The notes under the pieces were generated by a model, which was not told where the DNA came from, ran no database searches, and was given only the letters and a program-made list of their open reading frames with translations. A program made the position numbers and the translations under genes. This document shows positions 29,467 through 41,722 of a stretch of DNA of 64,000 nt, in pieces. Numbering within the stretch: the first letter of the stretch is position 1; every line of letters starts with the position of its first letter. The stretch is from Setoptus koraiensis (Eukaryota; Animalia; Arthropoda). The stretch covers positions 1,860,001 through 1,924,000 of the forward strand of contig CM106585.1 of NCBI GenBank assembly GCA_048013815.1, written 5' to 3'.

Positions 29467-31590
29467 CCTAAATGAAGCGTTGAAACAGATAATCGACGAC
29501 AATTGTGGTTATGCTTGCCCACAATCATCGTCCCCATAAACACACAGCAAAATACACAAAAGTGAACACATACACACAATTAACTCCAGGCCCAGAAGCC
29601 AATCGTCGGGCTGACATTGTGGACATTGGGCACATTGTGGCCGCAACCCGACGGCACAACTAAATTTGCGTTAAACGAATCGATGAATGGTCACTTTGGT
29701 GCGTCGGCCAACGAGCTACCACGGCCAACCTGATTGAGACATGCACGCCGTGTGTCACACACACAACAAGTAAAATATTCTAATTTTAATTAATTGAATT
29801 TTGCATACCGACCGTATCATCGCCACCAGCGATCGCCACCAGCCACCAGCCATCGCTAGCAGCCATCGCCACCAGCCATCGCTAGCAGCGTAAAGTTCGC
29901 TTCAGTGCGATTGTTTGCGAGTCGAATGACTCGCAAATGAGTTTCAATTTCGCATTCGAACGAGCGTTCCATTCAATTCGTTTCGAGTTTGCGACGCCAA
30001 TTCAGCAATTGGCACTTGCAAACTGCGCGGCTTTCTATGGCAGCCTGGAAAATTGAATTGAATGCATGCAGTTGCAAATGATAATCAAACAATTCCGTTG
30101 TGCCATTTAATCAGGCGAGCACGCTGACAGTTTTGTCGTCATCATCATTATCATGCCGATTTAGAGAAGCTCCAGCTACCGGGCTAGCTACCGAAAAATG
30201 TCTGACAATTATGGTTGTGTGCACGAGCTATTTGAGCTATTTTAATTTATCTCGTACGCAAATGACATCTCGACAGTGGCCCATTGAAACTGTTGAACTG
30301 GACAGTGCAATATTCAAATAAGCTCGCGTTGTTGCAAACGCTGCCCAATGATTAATGACCAATGATTAATGGATGCAAAACCACACAGCGATATTCATAT
30401 ATTTATTATTATTTATTTATCTCTTTATCTAGATTCCTTTCCTGTGCGCCAGCGGTCACAGTGCGCGCCGAACGCTGCGCCATTTTGGCCGCGCTCATTT
30501 ATTGCGCCCATTTATTGCGCCCACTGGCGACCAAAACTCTCACCTATACACAACACACATAATAATATCGCAACATTTGAATAGCATTACAATATACTCA
30601 TTATGTGTTATTATCGTGTTGCTGGCGATTACAAGCACGTAATAGCGCGATATAGGTTGCAAACACCGTTACTCGGCTCTTATAGGCTCTTTCGGGCTCT
30701 TTCACTGTGTGTGTCTTATCAGAATTGTGGTCATTAGCGGAATTATGCGCGCGTTTTCAGCACACTGCGCACTGATATTCTTATACGCACACTGTAAAAT
30801 GGTGGGTGCGGTAAAGCCTCTAGCGGACAAAACAAGATTTGCCAAGTTTGTGTTGGACAAAGGACAACACGCGGCCGCAGACAGGTGAGCTAGCCTGACA
30901 AGCGAGCGCAAACTTTTGTCTTTGGATTTCACCGTTAGTTTGTTTGTTTGTTTGGCTCTGTGTGTCTTTGTGTTGTGTGAGCAGCGATATGGCAAACACG
31001 AGACCATTGGCGCACAAACCATTGGCCAGAGCAGCCCGAGGCGCTGCTCTGGCCCGACAATAATCCCCAACAATCCAGTCGGTTGGCTACACTGCTTGTA
31101 ATACACTGACGCCGCCATTGTAGATGATTTGATTTGACACACAAATGACAGCCGACCGCTGTCTTGTCATTTGTGCGTGCGTGTGCGTGTACGTGTGCGT
31201 GGGTGCACAGGATCGGGATGAACAGGATCGGATAAACAGGGTCGGATAAACAGGCTTGGGCCAGCGACCATTGGCACAAACTTTGTGCCACAAAGAGCCA
31301 AATGACAAATGACAACAGTCGGCTCGCTCTTAAATTAATGGTCACGTGTTTATGACAGATATCTGACGCGAGAGGCGCCACGAGGCAGCGCAACCGCGCC
31401 ACTCTGACAAGCGCTCAAACGCTCCACGGCTGACAGGCGCTGAAGGGTTGTATCTTGACAGTTGTGCCAGCTGATTCTTGTTGTTGTTGCTGGTGCGTTT
31501 GACGGCCATCACCATGGTGACAGTTAACGTGTGCGTGCGTGTCCATTAGCGGTGGTCACTCGCCACTTTCGCCTTGTTATTTGGCCACTC

Positions 31591-31650
31591 GGCCATTCGG
31601 CCATTTCGCCATTTCGCCATTTGGCCATTTGGCCATTTCGTCATTTCGAC
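31591..31650. repeat. 8-bp period GCCATT(T/C) array x6
   Basis: GCCAT at 31592, 31600, 31608, 31616, 31624 and 31632. Confidence 0.9.
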
Positions 31651-34600
31651 TCTCGCTCGATGTATAATTCATAATCATCGCACCGTCGACTTGGTGCCGT
31701 GTCGATGAAATGCGATATCTCGATGACATCTCGCTGATACATCGACGATATCGCGATGATGTCGCGATGATACCTCGATCATGTCGCGATCATGTCGATG
31801 TGATCGTATCGAGATATCGAGATATCGAGATATTGAGATATCACCGAGAGATGATATCGCGGATTCGAGTTTGATTTATTGTCTTGAGCGAGCGGCAACA
31901 TGTCGCCACCGGCAGCCTCATCTGGCGACCAGTATGCGAAGCTCCGATTGTCCGGCGAGAACGCACACTTATAGGTAAGACTTGTTGTGCCCAGTGGCTG
32001 TCGATTTGAAAGTCGTGATTTCATTTTATTTTACATTTTGCTCGCTGTATCATGTTTTTGCGGCCCTCGTTTTCGGGCATCTCGTCGGGCCGGCAAACAC
32101 AGCGAGATGCAAGAGCGAAATGCAAGAGCAGAAATGGAATGAATTGTAATTGTTGTGCATTGTAATGACGGCCGGGCCGGGCCGGACCGGACCGGCGAGG
32201 TGTGCGGTGTCGTGTGTGTTGTCGGCGTTATCATCGTGCGCGCCGTATTCATCGTTTGTTTCAATTATGTGCAAATTGTTTCAGCAAACAACGGTAGCAT
32301 TTGCACGGCCAATTATTCCATCCATTATTATATCTGGCCAGAGTTTGCGTGCTCTCGTTTCATCTTCTTTTTGTCCAACAAACAGCGGATTGGATTGTGA
32401 GTTTTGCCGGCGAAACTCTTTGCTTTTCTGTGCGATGGCTCTCATAATACATGATATATCTATTGCGCGAAGAGAGTTTGCTATTATTAAATTGTATTTA
32501 TTGTGTGTCACGCCGGCCGACGGCAGCGAATTACACGATCTCTTCACACACTTGTTTGCCACTGTCTAGAGCTTGTGCGCCATCTAGCGCCGCTCTGGAC
32601 TCTAGACTGTTGCCTGTAGACTGCGGGGTCTGCACGCCAGACTGCAGAGTCGAGAATCGAGGCTCGCGAGAAATCCGCCCAATGAATAATGCCGCCGACG
32701 CAAACAGTCCCAGGAATGCAAATGCGGCGGACGCGCCAAATGCGACAAGTGCGACAAGTGCCCGACTGCCGGCCCAACGGCAGCCCGGCTCGGCCCGGCA
32801 GAATTGCTGCCGTTGTTGTTGTTGTTGTTGTTGTTTTCGCTGTTGTTGTTGTTGTCGCTGTTGTTGTCGCTGCTGTTGTTGCGAAGAGATTTGACACTTT
32901 GTTCGGGTTCAAATAATGGCCAGGCAAGCGTGTTCCCACTGCGAGCGATTAAGGCAGCAAAAAGTTGTCTTGATAACGTGTACGACGAGACGGCAGCAAA
33001 ATTTAAATGTGACAAGCGAAGATGGACAACGGCAGAGACACACAGACTGGCCAACTGACAGAGAATTGATTGGTGTTGGACAGGTGGCAGTGGCACTGGT
33101 TGCGTACAACGACATTGCAGTTGGCATTGTTGTTGCCATTGTCGTTGTAGTGCAGCGAAAAGTTAACAGCAATTATAAACAACAACAGAAGCAATAACAA
33201 GTCAAATTGTTGTAGTCACTAAGCATTCAATTATTGGTCATCGTCGTGAAATCGCGACTGGTTACGCAACCGGTCGCCACTGGCACTGCTCATGATCGCG
33301 GTGCATCCTCTTCTCTGCTTCGCTGCTCCGATGCTGACCGATCCAGAGCCCGATCCAGAGCCCAATCCAGCGCCGAGTCCGGTGCCAAATCCAAAGCCAA
33401 ATCCAAAGCCAAATCCAGAGTGCAGAGCCGAGTGCAGTGGCGAATCCAATGCGAAAATGTTTTGTAAAAATGTTGCTCACAACATGTTGAGAATATACGA
33501 AATAAAATTGATAATAATAATAAAAATAATCGTGAGCATTGTCTGACTGCTTGCAGCGCCAGCAATTCGCAATTGGCTGCGGATGGCACTGTTGCGTTGG
33601 TCACAAGCGTTCACTTGTTTTGCATCCACGTTTGCCGGGACGTTTCACCAGGTTACTTCCTATTGCTTGCAAGGTATTGGTTGTAATTATTCAGGCAATT
33701 ATAATCACGAGTTGCGCCTGAAATGTGTGATTGACGGGCGCAACATGTTTTGGGTTAACTCCTCCAATTAGATGCTCTGTTGCTTGGCCATTTTGCTCTC
33801 TGTTGCTGGCACGAATGTTGATTTTGATTTGTATTATCATTTTGTTATGTAACGGTTGCAGCATAACATTCAGTGTATTGCGCGTCTTAGTCGCATTCGA
33901 GCCTTCAATTGACTTGTGAATCGACTTGTGAGCGTGCTAATAATAGCAAACAAAATGTTGTTAGCACAACATTGTTTGTCGGACAACATGCCGGGATTGT
34001 GTTGGAACATTGTATAGATTTATAGGCTCGATATCGAACGTTGATTGCGATCAAATTGCGTTCGAACAACTCTCACAAATCAAACACAACTCAAACCAAT
34101 GCAAAACTCCATTTGTTGCCACCTACAACTGCATTTAACTGACCATTTGTAGAGACATAGACAAAATGATGACAGACAACTGATGAGACGGGAACGTGAT
34201 TGATTCGAGAAACGGATTTGCATAAGTTTTGCACAGTTGATAGAGACACACACACAAGCATGGAAACAATTAGTTGCATAATGGCATGCAGCCAGTTATT
34301 CAACATTTTAACTTGCTGTAAATTTGAGCGAGAGATTAAATCAAAATCGGAATCAATCATCATGACTTATCATGTCAACAATACTAATACAACTAATAGT
34401 AACTAATAATAGCTAATAGTTGTTGTGTCATCACCTCGCCCAACACAAAAGCATGACACATTAGCGAGCCGATGCAATGTCCACCACATACTACACACTA
34501 CATACTATGTACAGCAAATCCGAGTCCATGTACACAACACATCGAGTCGCATTTTTTGCTGCTGTTGTTCAGTTGTCCATCTGAATGCTTTGTCCAGACC

Positions 34601-34994
34601 AACAATAAGTTGCTCCGGACAAAGCTGTGCATTGTGTTCCATTCATTCAGCTGCTTGTGCTTTTTTTTAATCTCTCTAGTTATATAACATGGTAGTACCA
34701 AACCAGTGGCCAGATAACAAATTAGATAGACATGAAGAAGGAGTCTTTGTTTGAGCCATCATACACGACAAATCACTGCACTGCCGGCCAATCTATCTCT
34801 GTTGGTCAGCTGTTCATCATAGATAAATCATATAATGTGTCAGCATTACATCATACTACAACAATTACATTATAATGGACAATACCTGTCTCATGGTTAG
34901 CACTGGCGCCGTCGTTAGGCCACAATTATGTAATCAACAGTTGATGCGGTTGCTATGAGCACAAACACACTGATACTCTGAGTTTACATATAAT

Positions 34995-35060
34995 ATCAGT
35001 GTTTATAGTATCAGTGTTTGTAGTATCGGTGTTTGCAGTGTCAGTGTTTGCAGTGTCAGT
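34995..35060. repeat. Tandem repeat, 15-bp unit (A/G)TCAGTGTTTGCAGT, ~4.5 copies
   Basis: TGTTT cores at 35000, 35015, 35030 and 35045. Confidence 0.85.
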
Positions 35061-37476
35061 GGGCCTCACAAGTCTAAATACAATTACACGATAATAATGT
35101 AGCCACTGTGTATTAATAAGTCAATTAGCCTCTTGCTGACCAGCATTATTTACATTGACTTACTTTACAAGTTGTGGGTAGCAGTTCATTATAGATTTGC
35201 TGCAAACCTCGCTGGATACATTGCAATACAAGACCATTATATATTATTATAATATTATATATAATATTATGTATAAGGCCAAATGATGGTGCGCAACAAA
35301 AAGTACACATTGCATGCTAGTAATGGTAGTAATAATATGGCACTAATAATAGCAATGCTAATGTTAGTTAGACTGATGATGCAACAATGACTCAAATGAA
35401 ATGTCCACTGTCCACTGTGTGTCTGTCATTAGAGCAAATCCATTGGCAATCTCTCTCTCTCGCTCTCTGTATACTATCGCGTTATAACAACTGTGATAGA
35501 TGATATATATTTAATCCAATTGAACCACTCAGTCGAAATGAATTCAGATGAAACGAGTCGAAACGAGACGAAATGAAACGAATCCAATCGAATCGAATCG
35601 AGACCAAACGAAATGGAACGAAACGAAATGTAAAGAATATCGATGTGTCAATCAAATGCACTTACTCAACAATAACACTATAGCCGTAACTATACCAACA
35701 TGCTAAATAATCTATCTACAACAAGATTAGTCAATGAAATAAGCTGCTGCATTGCATAATAGCTTTGGGCAGTGGTCGTAATCATGAAATCATGTAGTAA
35801 AGGGGGGCCATATGTTAGTACATGTAGATGTGTCGCGAGATTGTTCACTTGATATCAATTCGTAGTGTTCAATGCACATTAATGATAATGTGTATGTCGC
35901 CCGTACATTGGTGAGTGTGCCAATTCATGCATAAGAAATTACAATATCTTGACATTAAATTGCTTTATCCACTCAGCAAACACTAGCAAATATAACTATG
36001 CAAACACATCTCACACTCCATCGGACATGTCCAGCATATATCGCCTACATCTAACAGATATATACCGTATATATGCGACTGTGCCACCGATGACATTGTG
36101 CGAACCGAGACATTAACGTATGTGACAAATTTTGCAAACATGACATGATTATGACCCGATTATTGCCTGATTGTTACATGATTATTGCATGATTATTACA
36201 TGATTATTACAAATTCATATTGGCCAAGATTCCAGTTTGATCATCTTTGCGCAAAACCGCTACATTTGTTGCTGTAATGTTTGTTTTCGTGTGGCAAAAT
36301 CTGTCAAATGGGCATTGTTATATAATGCTAACAAGCTGACATGAATATGAATGTGTCAACTTGTCAGTGCTCACGAAGCGTGCGATGTCATCCTTTTGTG
36401 TGTCTCTTCTCGGTCTATTTGTGCTATTTGTTTACTGATCAAATGCGAACCAAATATTGGCTCACAGCAGCACACATATCCCGGCATATATGGCCTAGCT
36501 AGCCCACCACTGGCTAGCCTAGATAATAATGAGAATATAATTGCAGATTGTTGGGTAATGGCGTTGCCATTAGTGGTGGCCATTTCATTAGTTTCGATTG
36601 TCTTGTTCTATACTAATTCTGTTGTAGTTTATGTTGTGTTCGAGATACAGTAAACAACAGATTCGCGTCTCATGTGATCCATTTACAAGTTTACAGGTTA
36701 GCTGCCAACTGACAAAACAAATCTAGCAAGAGCAACAAAAACTCTTACCTAACTGGATAATCTTTGAGCTTGGCGCCAACAAACAAACTTGCAGACAATG
36801 TATCAAATCTACTTTCATACTGCTGCCATCTATATATTGTTGTGTATACAAAGTAATATCCAATAGATCACCATACTTGATCGCACCATGAATGAACTTA
36901 GTTTGTCACACACGAGATACAGTATGTAAGCGATGAACAACGGTGCGTTTGTTACAACAATGTTAGCGATGACTTGTACAGATGACGATGAATCATAAAT
37001 TGTTGGAAACATTGTTGCCGTTGGTTATGTCTGTGGACTAGACGGCCAGAATCATGTGATATCTGTCTTACAGGAGTGGTATGCAGTTGTCTCCATAGAT
37101 GCAGATAGTGGCTGGCTAGATAATTCCGCTTACAATGCAGTGATGGTGACAAGGTCAGGCTATATAAGGCCAATATCTCATAGGCAATTGTGAATGTATG
37201 AGCGAAACTAGTTTACTTTTCATATCATCACTATCATTATATAGGTGTTGTTGTTTTTCACTGAAAATTTCTATCACTTTGCATCGCCCAACAACAGTTG
37301 ACGCCATCGCCGAGCCAGTATAGTTATAAACAACTTCAGTAACCATTGACGCTGATTGTGTTACCTTGATACAGGGGCCTGATTGAAGCGATTGCTTAAT
37401 TAGAAGAAAAAAAATAACTAACTTGTAAATTGAGTACACTTGAACATTCTTGTAACATCATTTTAATGCGCTCAAC

Positions 37477-38133
37477 ATGACTGAACAAGACCAAGATGTC
37501 ATAGAGTTGATACCCGAACTATGCAGACAATTTTACCACTTGGGATGGGTCACGGGAACGGGCGGCGGTTTATCAATTAGGGCAAACAATAAGATTTTTG
37601 TCGCTCCATCGGGCGTGCAAAAGGAACGCATAAAACCGGACGATTTATTTATTTACGACAATCAAGGCGACAACATCTTGCATACTCCCAGTAATAAACA
37701 ATTGAAACCAAGCGAATGTTTGCCTCTTTTCATGGTGGCCTACCAAGATAGGGATGCCAATTGTGTAATTCATAGCCATTCGCACTGGGCAAATCTTGCT
37801 ACCTCGATGGGTAGTGGACAAAAGGAGTTTGTGATCAAAGATCAAGAGATGATTAAGGGAATCAAGAGAGGCTCCACCAATACGAATCACACATATCACG
37901 ACGAACTGGTTGTGCCCATCATAGAAAATACGGCATTTGAAAAAGATTTACAATTGTCGCTAAAAAAAGCAATAGCTGATTACCCCCACACAAATGCCGT
38001 GTTAGTTCGCAATCATGGCGTATATGTTTGGGGTAAATCGTGGCAAAATGCCAAAACTATGGCCGAATGCTACGATTATCTGTTTAGATTACAAGTTACC
38101 AAAAAGTGCCTAATGGGCAATGTGTTTAATTAA
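37477..38133 (+). CDS. APIP: Methylthioribulose-1-phosphate dehydratase (APIP/MtnB), single exon, 218 aa
   Basis: LIPELCRQFYHLGWVTGTGGGLSI, SGVQKERI, SECLPLF, HSH Zn ligands, QEMIKGI, PIIENT, VLVRNHGVYVWG and ECYDYLF match the animal APIP class II aldolase fold. Confidence 0.97.
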   Translation: MTEQDQDVIELIPELCRQFYHLGWVTGTGGGLSIRANNKIFVAPSGVQKERIKPDDLFIYDNQGDNILHTPSNKQLKPSECLPLFMVAYQDRDANCVIHSHSHWANLATSMGSGQKEFVIKDQEMIKGIKRGSTNTNHTYHDELVVPIIENTAFEKDLQLSLKKAIADYPHTNAVLVRNHGVYVWGKSWQNAKTMAECYDYLFRLQVTKKCLMGNVFN

Positions 38134-38478
38134 TAAGATGAAACTCTTATACCTCTGATATCTCGATCGAAAACTTCGTTACAGACTATTCGTGTACATG
38201 CTGATTTAGATATTACTTGTTCACTCAATTTTGACGTGCAAACTTTTTAAAAAACGCGCCCAAGAATATACAAAATAAAAACAAACCCCGATTGACCTTG
38301 CAGTAGAATAGATTTATATCAACCTGGTACGCTTAGCTAGTCTCATTTAAACTTGATTATTTATTATTAACTTGGTAGTTATATTACAATCACTACAACT
38401 GGCAATTAATTCATTCTTACATACCCTTTCCTAACACAACACCGGATTCAATAGCCCGTATCTGGCGAGCCTGCAAAC

Positions 38479-38994
38479 ATGTCTAAACTGGTGTTTAGTA
38501 ATCTTAAACTGTTGACCACTCGTCCCATGCTCACTCAAACTGTGGCCAACATATCAGACTATTATCCACAATATCCCATGCAGAAGCCCACGGAGAAAAC
38601 CGTCGAGCCCCAGAGAAAGTTAGACGAAAGTCCCATGTTGCCTGATCTAGCAGTTACTACAGGTGTACCTCACGAGCATATTCATACCAGACGAGTCAGA
38701 ATATCAAAGCCATCTAAAAATGTCATGCAATCGGGCACAAACTATATGAATAAATGGAAAATTGAGTTTGAGACACGTGAACGATACGAAAATTGGCTCA
38801 TGGGATGGACCTCAACTAGAGACCCTCTATCCAACATGTCTGTGACTTTTACCAACAAAGAGGATGCCATTGCATTTTGTGAGAAAAACAATTGGTATTG
38901 GTTCGTCGAAGAACAACCAGAGAGAAAAATTAGAAGGAAAAATTATGGAGACAACTTTGCTTGGAATAGAAGAACAAGATTAGGAAACAAATAG
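38479..38994 (+). CDS. NDUFS4: NADH:ubiquinone oxidoreductase subunit S4 (18 kDa), single exon, 171 aa
   Basis: RRVRISKPSKNVMQSG, KWKIEFETRERYENWLMGWTSTRDPLSN, EDAIAFCEKN and NYGDNFAWNRRTR, preceded by a basic/hydroxylated presequence-like N-terminus. Confidence 0.97.
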   Translation: MSKLVFSNLKLLTTRPMLTQTVANISDYYPQYPMQKPTEKTVEPQRKLDESPMLPDLAVTTGVPHEHIHTRRVRISKPSKNVMQSGTNYMNKWKIEFETRERYENWLMGWTSTRDPLSNMSVTFTNKEDAIAFCEKNNWYWFVEEQPERKIRRKNYGDNFAWNRRTRLGNK

Positions 38995-39300
38995 TTCATC
39001 TTTGTTATGTTATGCAATCTAGTGAATGAATAAGAATATATACACCACATGTTAATAGTTGTAGATAAAATTCGCTACTGCTTGCCTGAAATTAATTGAG
39101 AGATGCTGAATTGTTGTTTCTAGATTCAATTATTCTTTTAACAATCTTGATTCTAACTACAATTTTATTATGTGATCAAAATATTTTCTGCTGGTCCTGC
39201 CGTGCGTGGCCGCTCTTTATACCTCATAGGTCACTCGAAAAGAGCCGATTATACATGTTGACAGTGTGAGCATATGCAATTAAAATCCTTGTTCTTTCTA

Positions 39301-40992
39301 TCAACAAGCATGTTTGTTATTAATGTTCAAATACTCTCTTCCAGCCTCAGAGCTTTTTTGTTCGGCCAATAATCTTTGTTTAAAAGTTTCTATATGACTG
39401 AGAACTGCTAGGTAGATAAACTTGTATTGCGCTTCTGTCTGTACCAAACCCGAACGTTGTTCTCTCAACATCCCGAGAGTTCTTTGTATATCTATCTCAC
39501 ATTCAAGTCCTTTACGTTCCAACTGATCAATTATTATATCTATTACTATTAAGGTTCCACTTCTACCTATTCCGGCGCTACAATGCACAACCATTGGTCC
39601 AACGTTGGGTGACTGGGAATTTCTAACTTCGTAGAGGAAATTGAGTACGCTAGCAGGGTCAGATGGTATATGCTGATCAGGCCATGATGTAAATTGAAAT
39701 TGAGTGACCTTTCTTGGTGCCGCCTGGCTATCAGTCAAGCTTAACTCAAATTCTCTATAAATATAATCCGTGTATGCCCTTTCTGCTAGATTTACTACCG
39801 AGAGTTGTCCAAATTTCCTAGCTGGTTTGTCAACATCAGGCCAGTAGCGAAAGCATTTGCTCTTTGTTCTTTCAAACTCTTTAGTCATCATCACAATAAC
39901 ATGCGTTTTATGTTGCCATATCATCCACCAGAATTCATTGACTGAAGCTTGTAGGGGTCCCTGTGCCGCAATATAGGTTTTGTATGGTTGTTTAGAATAC
40001 CTACTTGATTCCTCTATTGGTGGGTCTTCTTCATATTTTAGATAATTGGCATTTATGTAATCCGAGTCTGGTAAATCAAGCTTCACCCTGGTATAATCAA
40101 ATGGAAGTATATTCTTGTAACGATTCTTGGACTCGTTGCAAGATTTTTGTCCCTCTCTTTTATCGTATAACAATCGACATTCTTGTTGTTGGAGGTGCTC
40201 AAATTCTTCCCAGAAACCTTCTTTGCCTGTGTCTTTGTCCTCCTTCGATAATTCTTTAACACGTGCAGCTATAGTTAAGGCAGATATACGTGTAGCATTG
40301 AAAGGATGCTTAAGATTTAGCACAATTCCTGAAGTTTCAACCATTGGATTACGTTTATAAAATTCTATTAGATCATTCAGGCTGTCAAATTTGTCACCTC
40401 CTCCAACGTCAAACTTGTTGTCTTGGGATCTTATGATAACATGCGTGACCTTATCAGAACCACTAGATTCATCTTTGCTCTTAACAGTCAAAACATAATC
40501 GCCGGGTTTACTTTGGCTCTCGCGCACTAGAAAGCTACCATTAACACCCATGGTCATGATTAATTTCTCTGCATCTTGTCCACTAATGGATACATGGAAC
40601 CAACGTTCTGTAGTGGCGTCACAGGAAAATAATGGCATCTTAAGCTCTATAATATCACCATTCTGTTCTTTAATACCTTTTCTATCTGCATAATATTGTA
40701 CAAGCTCGGCTAGCGAGCCAAATTTTTCGCCCCCATAGAGATCATAATAGTCACCGGTGTATTGTACTTTGATATGTTTCACTTCATTTTTTCGCCTAAC
40801 AGATAGAGTGAAATCTCCGACATTTGATTTGCTTGGCCTAGTCAAATAACTACCATCCATTCCGCGTTCTAAAAGTAATTTCTCTGCTTCGATGCCACTA
40901 AGATTAGGATGATACCATCTCCCGTAGCTTTGTCTTCCTCCGGCTGGCGACGATCTAGCCCTGGCATGAAACATGTTGCTGGTTTTGAGCAT
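39301..40992 (-). CDS. csw: Tyrosine-protein phosphatase corkscrew / SHP2 (SH2-SH2-PTP), single coding exon, 563 aa
   Basis: N-SH2 [15 protein letters not shown]...[12 protein letters not shown]2 WFH...[47 protein letters not shown] and QTEAQY. Confidence 0.97.
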   Translation of the reverse strand: MLKTSNMFHARARSSPAGGRQSYGRWYHPNLSGIEAEKLLLERGMDGSYLTRPSKSNVGDFTLSVRRKNEVKHIKVQYTGDYYDLYGGEKFGSLAELVQYYADRKGIKEQNGDIIELKMPLFSCDATTERWFHVSISGQDAEKLIMTMGVNGSFLVRESQSKPGDYVLTVKSKDESSGSDKVTHVIIRSQDNKFDVGGGDKFDSLNDLIEFYKRNPMVETSGIVLNLKHPFNATRISALTIAARVKELSKEDKDTGKEGFWEEFEHLQQQECRLLYDKREGQKSCNESKNRYKNILPFDYTRVKLDLPDSDYINANYLKYEEDPPIEESSRYSKQPYKTYIAAQGPLQASVNEFWWMIWQHKTHVIVMMTKEFERTKSKCFRYWPDVDKPARKFGQLSVVNLAERAYTDYIYREFELSLTDSQAAPRKVTQFQFTSWPDQHIPSDPASVLNFLYEVRNSQSPNVGPMVVHCSAGIGRSGTLIVIDIIIDQLERKGLECEIDIQRTLGMLREQRSGLVQTEAQYKFIYLAVLSHIETFKQRLLAEQKSSEAGREYLNINNKHAC

Positions 40993-41722
40993 TCCTAATG
41001 GCTAATATCTCTGACATTCATATCATTATTATCTTGTTCTCTTGTTGTGTCTGTGATCAATCCGCTAACTACATTATAATCTTGCATGTGATTGAATCCA
41101 GATTACAACATCATTGAGGTATTACAGTGGCTAAAAATGCGTTACGTGAAAATGTAAATAAAAAACAACAATAATAGTCAATAATACTACTATCTAATTA
41201 AATGCTTATCCTCAGGCAGCTTGACGAATTCAACGTTACGAGTATATATCGATGTTTCACAAGAATTTGAATGGATACAATGTAACAACAAAAACTAATA
41301 ACTGTTCATAAATAATTGATATATCTGGCTAGCTAATGGCATTTGTATTGTTTGGATCCAGCGAGCCATATGATGATAGTGATGTTGATAATAATAATAT
41401 TGCGTATTGGGCATTCACTTCATTTTTAACCAACAACAACAACAAGTATTTACTTGCTCTCCTCTGCTTATGAGCTGTATGGCCTTCGCATCGAACACAT
41501 GTTACTACTACCATCATCTGCATTAATGTGTGTGAGTGTGTTGCACTTTTCGGTTGGCACTCGTTATTTGCGATATCTTCTCTATTTTTTTTCCTTTCTT
41601 TGTCTTTCACAATTATCCATCGAACAACAAACATACCAAATATAACAAATTCATGTTTGAGCTTGTTGGCCAGTCTTTCGGAACGTTGGATTCACGTCCG
41701 CCTTCGCGTCCAGCAAACACTT

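Noticed and set aside
36750-37439. Signal-peptide-like minus ORF 37155..37439 and other coding-looking frames upstream of APIP
   Set aside because: Begins at GTG with no in-frame ATG, the hydrophobic run comes from a poly-A tract, and the frames do not join into a plausible gene.
37477-38133. APIP/mtnB (and intronless atpA) as bacterial horizontal transfers
   Set aside because: Sequences carry animal-type motifs and ATP5F1A has a mitochondrial presequence; lack of introns is shared by neighbouring, clearly animal genes.
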